In this document: positions 1 through 9,559 of the stretch, one piece after another
How the letters are laid out: every line of letters begins with the position of its first letter
Numbering within the stretch: position 1 is the first letter of the stretch
Origin: Verrucomicrobiota bacterium
Lineage (GTDB): Bacteria > Verrucomicrobiota > Verrucomicrobiia > Limisphaerales > CANJXF01
DNA length: 32,520 nucleotides
Reading direction: 5' to 3'
Assembly (NCBI GenBank): GCA_038214755.1
Contig: JBBQRQ010000055.1
Location: 1 to 32,520 of the forward strand
Position numbers and translations under genes: made by a program
Notes under the pieces: model-generated
Database searches by the model: none
The model's input: the letters and a program-made list of their open reading frames with translations, nothing else
What the model was told of the DNA's origin: nothing

Positions 1-2940
1 AATTCCCGCGATGGTGGAAAATGCGGTCATTAAAATTGGCCGGAGACGAACGATGCCCGCCTGCAACATGGCGTCGTGGGCACTGGCTCCTTTTTCACGT
101 TGTTGATTGGCAAATTCCACGAGGAGAATTGAATTCTTTGTGACAAGGCCGACCAGAAGGACGACGCCAATTTTGCTGAACAGATTGTCGTTCATCGCTG
201 GAATGGGAGGGAACCAACCGATTTTGCTGACAAAGGCGAGCAGCCAAAGCAAACCATACGCGCCGAGTCCCGCGAGCGGCACGGCCAGCATGACCGTGAG
301 CGGATGGATCAGACTTTCAAACTGCGCAGCGAGAACCATGTAAACAATGATAAGAGCGATGATTAAAACCCACCAAACTTCCGCGCCGGAATCTTTGAGA
401 TCGCGGGATTCACCGGCCCATTCGTAGGTGAACCCAGGCGGCAAATCGGTTTGCAGAAGTTCTTCGATGCGCGACATGGCGGTGCCGAGCGGAACGCCAA
501 CGGTCGAAGCGGAAATGGTGGTGCTGCGAATCCGGTCGTAATGTTCAATCGCGTTGGGCGAAGGGCCGGTCTGATAAGTAACGATGCTGCTGAGTTGAAT
601 CAAATCGCCCTTGGCGCTGCGCACATAAAGTTTGTCGAGGTCTTGGGGCGTGAGGCGTGACTCGCGGAGGAGTTGCGTGATGACTTTATATTCTTTGCCA
701 TCGAGTTTGATGCGGCTGAGATCAAGTCCGCCAAAAAGCATTTGCAACGTGCGTGAAATATCATGGATCGAAACTCCCAGCGACGCGGCGCGGTCGCGGT
801 CGATGTTCAAACGCAACTCGGGCTTGCTGAATTCAAAGGAGGAGCGCGCGTTTTGCAAATAACCCGAGGCGCGAAGTTTGTTAATGAAAGCCCCGGAATA
901 TTTATTCAACTCATCCAGATTTTGCGCTTTCAAAACGAGTTGGAAGGGCGCGCCGAAACCGCGTCCAATCGCCTTGGGAATTTGGGCTATGGCAATCGCG
1001 CCTTCGACCTGGCCAAAAAAACGACCTTTCAAACCGCTTGGACCATTGACGATTTCCTGCACGCTGCGTTTGCGCTCGGCTTTTAATTTTAGAAAAACAA
1101 TTCCGAAATTGGCCTGGCCAGGTCCGGAAAAAGCAGGAGCGACAATCGAGCCATAGGCTTGGACTTCGGGAATCGTTTTGACGATGTCCTCCATCTTTTT
1201 TAACATGCGGTCGGTGTATTCCGAGGTGGAGCCTTCCGGCGCAAAAACAAAGCAGAGCAGACGGCCTTTGTCTTCCTCAGGCAGAAATTCCGTTTCAAGA
1301 TGCGTAAAGGCCAGGGCCGTCAGAGCGAGGCTCGCGAGCGCGACTATCACGACGATGAACCGGTGTCGCAGCGACCAGCCGAGCAACCGTTTGTAGGTGC
1401 GATTGACCGCGTTGAGAAAATGATCAAACCAATCGATGAAGAAAACGTGTTTTTGATTGGGTTGAATCGGCTTGAGAATGCGCGACGCCATCATCGGCGA
1501 AAGTGAAAGCGCCACGAAGGCGGAAATGATTACCGACCCGGCCACGGCCACGGCGAATTCAGTAAACAGACGTCCTGTGGCGCTTTTCTGAAAAGCGAGC
1601 GGAAGAAAAACGGCGACGAGGGAAACGGTAATCGCGATAATGGCAAAACCAATTTCTTCCATCGCTTTGTAGGCCGCTTTCATCGGCGGCATCCCTTCTT
1701 CGATGTGGCGGAAAATATTTTCCAAAACGACAATCGCGTCATCCACTACCACGCCGATCGACAGGACCAGCGCGAGCATCGTGAGAATATTGATCGAGTA
1801 ACCGAGGAGACCCATGATCGCGAAAGCGCCCACCAGAGAAACTGGGATGGCGACGGCAGGAATAATGGTTGAACGAAAATCCCGCAGAAAAAGATAGATA
1901 ACGATCACGACCAGGATAAAAGCGATAGCCAGAGTTTTCCAAACTTCGTGAACAGAATTCTCGACGTAAATGGATTCGTCGTAATTGAAAACCATTTCGA
2001 TGCCAGCGGGCAAAGTGGGTTTGATTCTTTCCACCTCGTCTTTGATGCCGTGCGCCACTTCGATGGTGTTGGCTTTGGATTGCTTGACGATGCCGAGGAA
2101 CACGCAGGGCTTGCCGTTGTTGCGAGCGACGGTGCGTTCATTCTCGACACCGTTCCGGGCCACGCCAACGTCGCGCAGACGAACAATTTTTGTCCCGTCG
2201 TTGAACAAAACCAATTTGTTGAACTCGTCGGCGGTTTTCATCTCGCCGCGAGTCTCGATGATCATTTCGCGATCCAAATTTTCCACGCGACCGCTCGGCA
2301 ATTCGACATTCTGCTCCTTGAGCGCGCGCTCGACATCTAAAACCGTGAGGCGATGCGCCGCCATTTTGGTGGAGTCGAGCCAGAGCCGCATGGAGAAACG
2401 TTGTTCGCCGCCAATGATGATCGAGGAAACGCCCTTGATGGTTTGCAGGCGATTCTTGATTTGTTTTTCCGCGATGGTGCTTAACTCCAACGTGGAGAAA
2501 CGGGCGCTGTTGATGCCAATCCAAATGACGGCCTGCGCGTCGGCGTCTTGTTTGGCGACAATCGGTTCGTCAATCGCGTCGGGCAAAAGTCCGCGCACAC
2601 GGGAGACGCGGTCGCGCACGTCTTGCGACGCGAGATCAATGTTGCGCGACAATTCGAATTCAACGGTGATGGTGCTGACTTCTTCACGGCTGGAACTGGA
2701 AAGAGTTTTGATTCCTTCGATATTATTGATCGCTTCTTCCAGCCGTTCGGTAACTTCCGTCTCGACCACCGCCGCGTTTGCGCCCGTGTAAACCGTGGTG
2801 ACGCTGACAATCGGCGGATCGATGTCCGGCAACTCCCGTACCGGCAATTTTTGCAACGAGATGATGCCGAAAAATAGGATGGCCAGACTCATCATCGTGG
2901 CGAACACGGGGCGTTTGATGCTGACGGTGGAGAGGATCAT
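1..2940 (-). CDS. RND efflux transporter permease subunit (AcrB/MexF family), 3' end outside the window
   Basis: Not in the ORF track because it runs off the edge. Manual translation from ATG at 2940 gives MILSTVSIKRPVFATMMSLAILFFGIISLQKLPVRELPDIDPPIVSVTT..., with the TM4 motif GVVVDDAIVVLENI. The same frame reads AGIVRLRPILMTAFSTIAGI at 60-1. Confidence 0.95.
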   Translation of the reverse strand, partial: MILSTVSIKRPVFATMMSLAILFFGIISLQKLPVRELPDIDPPIVSVTTVYTGANAAVVETEVTERLEEAINNIEGIKTLSSSSREEVSTITVEFELSRNIDLASQDVRDRVSRVRGLLPDAIDEPIVAKQDADAQAVIWIGINSARFSTLELSTIAEKQIKNRLQTIKGVSSIIIGGEQRFSMRLWLDSTKMAAHRLTVLDVERALKEQNVELPSGRVENLDREMIIETRGEMKTADEFNKLVLFNDGTKIVRLRDVGVARNGVENERTVARNNGKPCVFLGIVKQSKANTIEVAHGIKDEVERIKPTLPAGIEMVFNYDESIYVENSVHEVWKTLAIAFILVVIVIYLFLRDFRSTIIPAVAIPVSLVGAFAIMGLLGYSINILTMLALVLSIGVVVDDAIVVLENIFRHIEEGMPPMKAAYKAMEEIGFAIIAITVSLVAVFLPLAFQKSATGRLFTEFAVAVAGSVIISAFVALSLSPMMASRILKPIQPNQKHVFFIDWFDHFLNAVNRTYKRLLGWSLRHRFIVVIVALASLALTALAFTHLETEFLPEEDKGRLLCFVFAPEGSTSEYTDRMLKKMEDIVKTIPEVQAYGSIVAPAFSGPGQANFGIVFLKLKAERKRSVQEIVNGPSGLKGRFFGQVEGAIAIAQIPKAIGRGFGAPFQLVLKAQNLDELNKYSGAFINKLRASGYLQNARSSFEFSKPELRLNIDRDRAASLGVSIHDISRTLQMLFGGLDLSRIKLDGKEYKVITQLLRESRLTPQDLDKLYVRSAKGDLIQLSSIVTYQTGPSPNAIEHYDRIRSTTISASTVGVPLGTAMSRIEELLQTDLPPGFTYEWAGESRDLKDSGAEVWWVLIIALIIVYMVLAAQFESLIHPLTVMLAVPLAGLGAYGLLWLLAFVSKIGWFPPIPAMNDNLFSKIGVVLLVGLVTKNSILLVEFANQQREKGASAHDAMLQAGIVRLRPILMTAFSTIAGI

Positions 2941-2945
2941 CGCGA

Positions 2946-3417
2946 GTGGGAAAGTGAGTAAGTGAGTGAGTGCGTAAGTGGGGATTAGTTTTCGGAGGAA
3001 CTTCTGCTTTTCTGCAAAGTCCATTTCGCCGGTGAGTTTCCCATATTGACCAATTTTCCCAGGACCTGATCGTATTTCCGGTGAAGCTTTCGTCCTTCAC
3101 TCGCATTCAAGTACCCGCATTTCACGGCATACTCGAGCCAGCCTTGCGTTTCGGCAGCTTCACCTTCCGATTCGTTCATTTTGTTGACGAAAACCGCTTC
3201 GTATTTTCTCCGCCTCCAGGCTTCGGCAATTTGCACCGACACAAAACGGGATGATCGACGAACCTGATCGGTCAAAGAATAAATTTCCTCTCGAGGGAAA
3301 CTCTTGGAAATCTGAAAAATTTCCATCGCTGCTTCCACCGCCAATTTATAGACGTCCAGTTGCCAATGGTATTTGATCAATTTCATAATATAGTTTTTCA
3401 CTCACTCACTTTCCCAC
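2946..3417. repeat. Inverted low-complexity (GTGA/GTGG-rich) repeats flanking the four-helix-bundle gene
   Basis: GTGGGAAAGTGAGT (2946-2959) is the exact reverse complement of ACTCACTTTCCCAC (3404-3417). Each arm sits in a longer GTGA/TCAC tandem tract (about 2944-2983 and 3397-3432). Confidence 0.8.
2985..3386 (-). CDS. Four-helix-bundle protein (23S rRNA IVP / TIGR02436 family)
   Basis: Family motifs WQLDVYKLA, FPREEIYSLTDQVRRSSRFVSVQIAEAW and EGEAAETQGWLEYAVKCGYL. ATG at 3386 is preferred; an alternative GTG start is at 3401. Confidence 0.9.
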   Translation of the reverse strand: MKLIKYHWQLDVYKLAVEAAMEIFQISKSFPREEIYSLTDQVRRSSRFVSVQIAEAWRRRKYEAVFVNKMNESEGEAAETQGWLEYAVKCGYLNASEGRKLHRKYDQVLGKLVNMGNSPAKWTLQKSRSSSEN

Positions 3418-4476
3418 CGTCCCACTCACTCCAAACTTCACCGGCATTCCCGGCCCGATCTTCTGCAAGCCTTCGACAATGATCTTTTCGTTTTCTTCAA
3501 TGCCTTCGAGCACTTCAACTTTTCCGGCGGTGCGAACGCCGAGTTTGACCTTTCTCATTTGCGCAGTGCTCGCTTTATCCACGACAAAAACCATCGCTTC
3601 GCCGCCTTCGATGAGTTGGCTCAATGCTGTTTCTGGAATCACAATTGCTTTCTCGCGAACTTTCAAAGTGAGATCGAGGTTCGCGAACATGCCGGGTTTC
3701 AAGAGCAATTCGGGATTCTTAATTTTCGCTTTGACGAAAGCAGTGCGCGTCGTGGGATCAACTTGTTCGGAAATAAAGTAAACCTCGCCTTCGAATTTTT
3801 TGTCCGGATAGCTCGCGACTTTAACTTGAATTTTTTGCCCAACTTTTAACTCGCCGATGAATCGTTCCGGCACATTAATTTCGACTTTCACCGGGTCAAT
3901 GTCGGTCAACCATGTCAGCGTCGTGCTCTTGGCGATGACTTGGCCGGGGCTTATGTTTCGCGCGCCGACAATCCCCGAAAACGGAGCGAGAATCCGCGCG
4001 TCTTTCAATTGCTGTCGCTTCAATTCAAGATTGGCTTTGTTGATCTGAAACATCGAATTCATCTGATCGAATTCCTGTTGGGCAATAAGTTTCCCTTTGA
4101 AGAGCTGTTCGCTGCGCCCAAAGTTAGCCTCGCTGAATTTGAAATTTGCTTCGCCCTCCGCGACCGCCGCCGCCAGCTTGCTTTCATCAAGGCGAATCAA
4201 GAGATGGCCCTTCTCCACCCGCTGGCCTTCCTCGGAATTAATTTCCGCAATCGTCCCGTCGATTTCACTCTTGATTTGGACCGATTCATTCGCCAGAAGA
4301 TTTCCCACGAGCGAAATTACTTCGGAGACAGACTCCTTCTTTGCCTCAATCGCTACCACCTGCATTTCCATTTTCATCGGCGGAGCAGCGGACTGATTTT
4401 TTTTCCCTCCGCAGCCGGAAAAAACGAAGGCGGTCAAAGCCAATAAGATCGCCCCGACATTCGCGTGTGTGATCAT
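3406..4476 (-). CDS. RND efflux periplasmic adaptor (membrane fusion protein), lipoprotein
   Basis: Lipobox FSGC, IKSEIDGTI/EEGQRVEKG lipoyl half, ILAPFSGIVG, VDPTTRT and LLKPGMFA motifs. Confidence 0.95.
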   Translation of the reverse strand: MITHANVGAILLALTAFVFSGCGGKKNQSAAPPMKMEMQVVAIEAKKESVSEVISLVGNLLANESVQIKSEIDGTIAEINSEEGQRVEKGHLLIRLDESKLAAAVAEGEANFKFSEANFGRSEQLFKGKLIAQQEFDQMNSMFQINKANLELKRQQLKDARILAPFSGIVGARNISPGQVIAKSTTLTWLTDIDPVKVEINVPERFIGELKVGQKIQVKVASYPDKKFEGEVYFISEQVDPTTRTAFVKAKIKNPELLLKPGMFANLDLTLKVREKAIVIPETALSQLIEGGEAMVFVVDKASTAQMRKVKLGVRTAGKVEVLEGIEENEKIIVEGLQKIGPGMPVKFGVSGTVGK

Positions 4477-4483
4477 GAGTAAG

Positions 4484-5077
4484 TTATTTTTTTGCTGCGC
4501 CCGTGAGAAATAATTCGACGATGCCCCGCGCTGTTTTGCGATCGAGCCGGCAATCCGGCATAATCAGATGGGCCATCACATAAATGTTCATCAACCCCCA
4601 AAAACCGTAGGCCAACTCCTCGCTGCCAAAACGGCGATTCAGTCCGCCCGCCTTCAATTCCTTTTTTATCAACGAATGAACAAACTCGAAATTGCGCTTT
4701 GCTTTTTCGCAGCAATTCAATTTTGGCGGAAGTTCCCCAGGCGAAGCGAAGGCGGAAGCAAAAGCCAGCCTCACCAACTCACGGTTCGCGCCGAGAAAAC
4801 TAAAGAGCGCCGTCAAAATTTCCACAAGTTGTTCCCGAAGTCTCACGCCTTTCTTCGCCGATTCCTGCATCAACCAATAACGTTCGTCGTGAGCCGATTC
4901 CACCAGCGCTTTGTAGAGCGCGGCTTTGCTGGCGAAGTAATAATAGAGCGTTGGCTTGGTGACCTTCGCCGCGTCCACAATGGCCTGCACCGACGCTCCG
5001 GCGTAACCACAATGAGCAAATTGCCTCAAGGCGGCCTTGAGAATTTTCTGGCGCGTGATTGGATCAATTTCTTCCAT
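4484..5077 (-). CDS. TetR/AcrR family transcriptional regulator
   Basis: N-terminal HTH RQKILKAALRQFAHCGYAGASVQAIVDAAKVTKPTLYYYFASKAALY; first gene of the efflux operon. Confidence 0.95.
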   Translation of the reverse strand: MEEIDPITRQKILKAALRQFAHCGYAGASVQAIVDAAKVTKPTLYYYFASKAALYKALVESAHDERYWLMQESAKKGVRLREQLVEILTALFSFLGANRELVRLAFASAFASPGELPPKLNCCEKAKRNFEFVHSLIKKELKAGGLNRRFGSEELAYGFWGLMNIYVMAHLIMPDCRLDRKTARGIVELFLTGAAKK

Positions 5078-5078
5078 G

Positions 5079-5117
5079 AACCTACCGAACGGTAGGTTGG
5101 AAAATAAAACACGTCAA
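5079..5117 (-). promoter_or_regulatory. Sigma70-type promoter with overlapping palindromic TetR operator
   Basis: Minus strand reads TTGACG (5117-5112), 17 nt, TACCGT (5094-5089). The palindrome AACCTACCG-AA-CGGTAGGTT (5079-5098) covers the -10 box and ends 1 nt before the tetR ATG. Confidence 0.75.
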
Positions 5118-5131
5118 AACTTTCTTTTTTC

Positions 5132-5342
5132 CGGGTAGCATCTTAGTTTTGTGCAGAGCGTTTATCTTAAGAATGCCCTTAACCGTCCGCCAGGTTTTGG
5201 ACTGCGCCAGCCCTCTGGCGCTTTCGATGGGCTGTCACCGCTCCGAAAGCGCCAGAGGGCTGGCGCAGTCCAAGACGCTATCGCGCCAAAGCATCGCTAA
5301 TGCGATCAAACCGCGTCCTTGCAAGAAACTGAGATGCGCCCG
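5132..5342. mobile_element. MITE-like element with degenerate terminal inverted repeats enclosing a REP pair
   Basis: Outer arms CGGGTAGCATCTTAGTTTTGTGCA (5132-5155) and TGCAAGAAACTGAGATGCGCCCG (5320-5342). Inner perfect 30-bp inverted repeat TTGGACTGCGCCAGCCCTCTGGCGCTTTCG at 5197-5226 / 5244-5273. Confidence 0.6.
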
Positions 5343-5368
5343 TGCCACCGGCGGTTGTTTATTAAAGA

Positions 5369-5397
5369 TTGAAAGCCGTTGGAATATTTTCTAGCGT
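5369..5397 (+). promoter_or_regulatory. Putative sigma70 promoter of the liv operon
   Basis: TTGAAA (5369-5374), 17 nt, TAGCGT (5392-5397), ending 27 nt before the ATG at 5425. Confidence 0.5.
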
Positions 5398-5424
5398 CGC
5401 GGGCCGGTGATCGTTGAAAACATT

Positions 5425-6549
5425 ATGAAAAAATTATTCTCGTCGTTGCCGCTTTTTGCGGCGCTGCTGGTCGGATGCAACAAAGCAAGCGATGCAATCA
5501 AGGTGGGCGAGTTCGCGTCGTTGACGGGCAAGGAAGCAACCTTCGGCCAGTCATCCCACGAAGGAACCTTGCTCGCCATCGAGGAGATCAATGCCGCGGG
5601 CGGCCTCCTCGGAAAAAAACTCGAACTTCTCACGGAAGACACGCAATCCAAAGCGGGCGAACCGGCAACCGTCGTCAACAAACTCATTTCGCGCGATGGT
5701 TGTATTGCCATTCTGGGCGAAGTCGCCTCCAGCCGTTCGCTCGAAGCTGCGCCCATTTGTCAGCAGAATAAAATCCCGATGATTTCTCCTTCCTCGACCA
5801 ATCCGAAAGTGACCGAGAGCGGCGATTTTATTTTCCGCGTTTGTTTCATCGATCCATTTCAAGGAACGGTCATGGCGAACTTTGCCACGAAAACTTTGAT
5901 GGAGAAAAAAGTCGCCGTTTTCACCGACGTAAAAAGTGATTACAGCAAAGGGCTGGCAAAATTTTTCAAAGAACAATTCGTGGCCAACGGGGGGCAAATC
6001 GTGGCGGAACTCGATTACAATGGCGGCGATAAAGATTTCAAAGGCCAGCTCACCGGCATCAAATCGTCCGCGCCCGATGGAGTTTTTGTGCCGGGCTACT
6101 ACACCGACGTGGCGCTGATTTGTATCCAGGCCAGGCAACTCGGTTTGAATGTTCCATTCTTCGGGGGCGATGGTTGGGAATCGGAAAAGCTGGTGGAAAT
6201 CGGAAAAGACGCCGTCGAGAAAACTTATTTCTCTACGCATTACCACCCTGATGTCGGTTCCGAAAAAAGCAAAAAGTTCGTGGACAATTACAAAAAACGT
6301 TACAGCGGAAAAACTCCCGACGCGCTCGCAGCGTGCGGCTACGATTCCGCGCTCGTCCTCGGCGACGCCATCAAACGCGCGGGCAGCACCGACGGACAAA
6401 AAGTTCGCGACGCACTGGCCGCGACGAAGAACCTCGACGCTGTCACCGGCAAAATCACCATCAACGAAAAACGTGACGCCGTGAAATCCGCCGTGATCCT
6501 CCAGGTGGAAAAAGGCAAATACAAATTTTTGCAAACGGTCAGTCCATAA
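5425..6549 (+). CDS. Branched-chain amino acid ABC transporter substrate-binding lipoprotein (LivK/LivJ family)
   Basis: Lipobox LVGC; IKVGEFASLTG, AIEEINAAGGLLGKKLEL, IFRVCFIDPFQG and GGDGW motifs. Confidence 0.93.
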   Translation: MKKLFSSLPLFAALLVGCNKASDAIKVGEFASLTGKEATFGQSSHEGTLLAIEEINAAGGLLGKKLELLTEDTQSKAGEPATVVNKLISRDGCIAILGEVASSRSLEAAPICQQNKIPMISPSSTNPKVTESGDFIFRVCFIDPFQGTVMANFATKTLMEKKVAVFTDVKSDYSKGLAKFFKEQFVANGGQIVAELDYNGGDKDFKGQLTGIKSSAPDGVFVPGYYTDVALICIQARQLGLNVPFFGGDGWESEKLVEIGKDAVEKTYFSTHYHPDVGSEKSKKFVDNYKKRYSGKTPDALAACGYDSALVLGDAIKRAGSTDGQKVRDALAATKNLDAVTGKITINEKRDAVKSAVILQVEKGKYKFLQTVSP

Positions 6550-6566
6550 CGCCGCGTTGCCTCGCG

Positions 6567-7478
6567 ATGGAATGGTTCTTTCAACAACTCATCAACGGCT
6601 TGGCGCTCGGCGCAATCTACGGCCTCATCGCCCTGGGCTACACGATGGTTTATGGCGTTCTGCGTTTCATCAATTTTGCGCACAGCGATGTTCTCATGCT
6701 CGGCGCGTTTACCGCGTATTTTCTCGCGCCCACCATTGCAAAAATTTTTCCGCCGCAATCTTTTCTCGGAGCTTTTACGATCACGTTGCTCGCGGCCGCG
6801 GTTTGCGCCGCGATTGGAATGCTGATTGAGTTTCTCGCCTATCGTCCTCTTCGCCAGCGACCGAAACTTACTGTGCTCATCACCGCGATTGGCGTTTCAC
6901 TTTTCATCGAATTCACCTGTCAGCATAGAAAAGTTTTCGGCAGCGCGGCACGACCGTTTCCTCAACTACTTCCGATGAAGGATTTTCATTTTGCCGGTTT
7001 GGTGATGAACAGCAACGACCTCGCGGTGCTCGTGACAACGCTCATTCTTCTCGCGGTTCTTTGGCTCGTCGTGCAACACACCAAAATCGGCACGGCGATG
7101 CGCGCGGTTTCCTTCAACATGCCAGCCGCGTCGTTAATGGGGGTGAATGTCAATCGCGTCGTGTCGTTCACTTTTGGTCTTGGCTCTGCGCTCGCGGCGA
7201 TCGCGGGAATACTTTACGCGATGAGAGCGCCCGGTATCGAACCACTGATGGGAGTTCAACCGGGACTGCGCGCCTTCATCGCGGCGGTGCTCGGCGGCAT
7301 CGGAAATCTGCCGGGCGCTGCGCTCGGTGGAATTGTTCTCGGCGTCGTCGAAACTTTTGCTGGCGGAATTCCAGGCGTTTCGAATTATCGCGATGGAATC
7401 GCCTTCGCCATGTTGATTCTGATTTTAATTTTTCGTCCGGCCGGTTTGCTCGGAAAAGCGACGGTGGAAAAAGTATGA
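6567..7478 (+). CDS. livH: Branched-chain amino acid ABC permease
   Basis: QQLINGLALGAIYGLIALGYTMVYGVLRFINFAH; GLRAFIAAVLGGIGNLPGA. Confidence 0.93.
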   Translation: MEWFFQQLINGLALGAIYGLIALGYTMVYGVLRFINFAHSDVLMLGAFTAYFLAPTIAKIFPPQSFLGAFTITLLAAAVCAAIGMLIEFLAYRPLRQRPKLTVLITAIGVSLFIEFTCQHRKVFGSAARPFPQLLPMKDFHFAGLVMNSNDLAVLVTTLILLAVLWLVVQHTKIGTAMRAVSFNMPAASLMGVNVNRVVSFTFGLGSALAAIAGILYAMRAPGIEPLMGVQPGLRAFIAAVLGGIGNLPGAALGGIVLGVVETFAGGIPGVSNYRDGIAFAMLILILIFRPAGLLGKATVEKV

Positions 7479-7501
7479 GTAAAAAAATTTACCTGAGCGA
7501 C

Positions 7502-7620
7502 CGGGTAGCATCTGCCTCTGGCGGGTGCGAAACAATCTCCATTCAATGTTCGATGATGAATGTGGGAGGTCCGATTTATTGGAAAACGAAGCCGCACCCG
7601 CCTGAGGCAGATGCTACCCG
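7502..7620. repeat. REPIN-like element, family A, copy 1
   Basis: 28-bp arms CGGGTAGCATCTGCCTCTGGCGGGTGCG (7502-7529) and 7593-7620, one mismatch. The spacer holds degenerate TTCGATG-like heptads. Confidence 0.85.
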
Positions 7621-7623
7621 CTC

Positions 7624-8580
7624 ATGATGCACTCCGGCGCAAAACGTTCTCTGCTCATCGCCGTCATCGTCGTGATTGCGCTGACGCCGCTGCTGGGTTG
7701 GCTGGTTCGTTCACACGCAAATGTTTTCAATCGTTACCATCTCGGCATCGCCCTCGACATCGCGATCAACATCATTCTCGCCGTCAGCCTTAATCTCATC
7801 AACGGCCACACCGGACAATTCAGCCTCGGGCACGCGGGGTTCATGGCGGTCGGCGGATACAGCGCGGCGAAACTCACTCTCTCCCTTCAAGCCATCACGC
7901 CGCCGTGGGCGCATCCGATTTTATTCGGAGCGGCGCTTTTGCTCGGCGGAATTATGGCCGCGATGGTCGGGCTGGCCGTCGGCGTACCGTCACTTCGTCT
8001 GCGCGGAGATTACCTCGCGATTGTCACTCTCGGTTTTGGCGAAATCATTCGTGTCATTTTTCAAACCACGGAATTTTTTGGCGCGGCCACCGGACTTCCC
8101 GGAATTCCAAATTGGACCAACTTTGCCTGGGCCTGGAGTCTGGCCGCCCTCACTGTTTTCGTGGTCGCTTGCCTCGTCAATTCGACTTACGGACGCGGCT
8201 TCATCGCAGTGCATGACGACGAAGTTTCCGCGAGCGCGATGGGCATAAATCCCGTTCGCTACAAAGTCACCGCGTTCGTCATCGGCGCATTTTTCGCAGG
8301 GATCGCTGGAGGTTTGTTCGCGCATCACAAAAGATTTTTGTCGCCAACAAGTTTTGATTTCATGAAAAGCATCGACATCGTCGTCATGGTCATTCTTGGC
8401 GGGATGGGACGAACACGCGGCGTCATTGCCGCTGCGATCATTCTCACGGTCCTGCCCGAAACGTTGCGCGCCTTTGCCGAATATCGAATGATCCTTTATT
8501 CGTTGCTCATCATCGGTCTGATGATTCTTCGTCCACAAGGTTTGTTCACCTTCGCGAAACCACGCGCCGCCAAAACATGA
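7624..8580 (+). CDS. livM: Branched-chain amino acid ABC permease
   Basis: SLNLINGHTGQFSLGHAGFMAVGGY; LRLRGDYLAIVTLGFGEII. Confidence 0.93.
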   Translation: MMHSGAKRSLLIAVIVVIALTPLLGWLVRSHANVFNRYHLGIALDIAINIILAVSLNLINGHTGQFSLGHAGFMAVGGYSAAKLTLSLQAITPPWAHPILFGAALLLGGIMAAMVGLAVGVPSLRLRGDYLAIVTLGFGEIIRVIFQTTEFFGAATGLPGIPNWTNFAWAWSLAALTVFVVACLVNSTYGRGFIAVHDDEVSASAMGINPVRYKVTAFVIGAFFAGIAGGLFAHHKRFLSPTSFDFMKSIDIVVMVILGGMGRTRGVIAAAIILTVLPETLRAFAEYRMILYSLLIIGLMILRPQGLFTFAKPRAAKT

Positions 8581-8610
8581 ATGCGTTGCTAAAAAATTTT
8601 CTTCGACGCT

Positions 8611-8757
8611 TCTCATTAGCACCCTGCTTTAGCTGGGTGGAAGAGTGGCGACAGAACCTTCAACCGCTTCAGCGGTTTTCCGCGCTCCAAACCGTTAAAA
8701 CGGTTTTAACATTTTCGTCTCGCCCAGCCACCCAGCTAAAGCAGGGCGCTAATGAGA
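8611..8757. repeat. Palindromic element with 30-bp arms and two internal hairpins
   Basis: TCTCATTAGCACCCTGCTTTAGCTGGGTGG (8611-8640) / 8728-8757, one mismatch. Inner hairpins are AACCGCTTCAGCGGTT and AAACCGTTAAAACGGTTT. A related half copy is at 25864-25887. Confidence 0.85.
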
Positions 8758-8779
8758 TGGTTTCTTGAATTAAACGAAG

Positions 8780-9559
8780 ATGCCGACGAGCGATTCCATT
8801 CTGCTCCAATTGGAAAACGTCACCATCCGTTTCGGTGGATTGACCGCAGTTTCCGCATTGGATTTGCAAATTGGCGAACACGAATTGATAGGACTGATCG
8901 GTCCGAACGGCGCGGGAAAAACGACCGTGTTTAATTTGATCACGGGAGTTTATCAGCCGACCGAAGGCGCGATTTTTTTTTCTGGTCAGTCCGCCGCCGG
9001 ACTTAAACCTCACGAACTGGCGCGGCGCGGCGTGGCGCGAACGTTTCAGAATATTCGGCTTTGTCCGAGCCTGAGCGTCTTTGACAACGTGCGCGCCGCT
9101 TTGCAGTTGCATCGTTCACACGGAATTCGCAACGCGCTCTGGCGCGGAAAACATTTTCGTGAGAGCGAGAAAATAGTCGAAACACAAGTGTTGGAGTTGC
9201 TCGACATATTTAGTCTCGGTCGTTTGCGTGACGAACCAGCAACCAGTCTTCCCTACGGCGATCAACGTCGTTTGGAAATTGTTCGCGCGCTCGCCACCAA
9301 ACCAAAATTGCTTTGCCTGGACGAACCGGCGGCGGGAATGAATGCCACCGAAAAAGTGGAGTTGATGCGACTGATTCGTTTCATTCAGGAAAAATTTCAA
9401 ATCAGCATTTTGCTCGTCGAACACGACATGAAAGTGGTGATGGGAATTTGCCAAAGAATCGCGGTGCTCGATTACGGAATAAAAATCGCCGAAGGAACGC
9501 CGGAGGAAGTCCGGGCAAACCCGACTGTAATTGAAGCCTATTTGGGAAGTGAAAAATAA
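8780..9559 (+). CDS. livG: Branched-chain amino acid ABC ATPase
   Basis: Walker A GPNGAGKTT, RTFQNIRL, LPYGDQRRLEI, LDEPAAG, VIEAYLG. Confidence 0.93.
   Translation: MPTSDSILLQLENVTIRFGGLTAVSALDLQIGEHELIGLIGPNGAGKTTVFNLITGVYQPTEGAIFFSGQSAAGLKPHELARRGVARTFQNIRLCPSLSVFDNVRAALQLHRSHGIRNALWRGKHFRESEKIVETQVLELLDIFSLGRLRDEPATSLPYGDQRRLEIVRALATKPKLLCLDEPAAGMNATEKVELMRLIRFIQEKFQISILLVEHDMKVVMGICQRIAVLDYGIKIAEGTPEEVRANPTVIEAYLGSEK

Noticed and set aside
107..2877. Many plus-strand ORFs (for example 1985-2791, 268 aa)
   Set aside because: They are antisense shadows of the RND permease on the minus strand and have no family motifs.
2985..3401. Four-helix-bundle gene as the Avd of a diversity-generating retroelement
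   Set aside because: There is no reverse transcriptase and no TR/VR repeat pair in the window.
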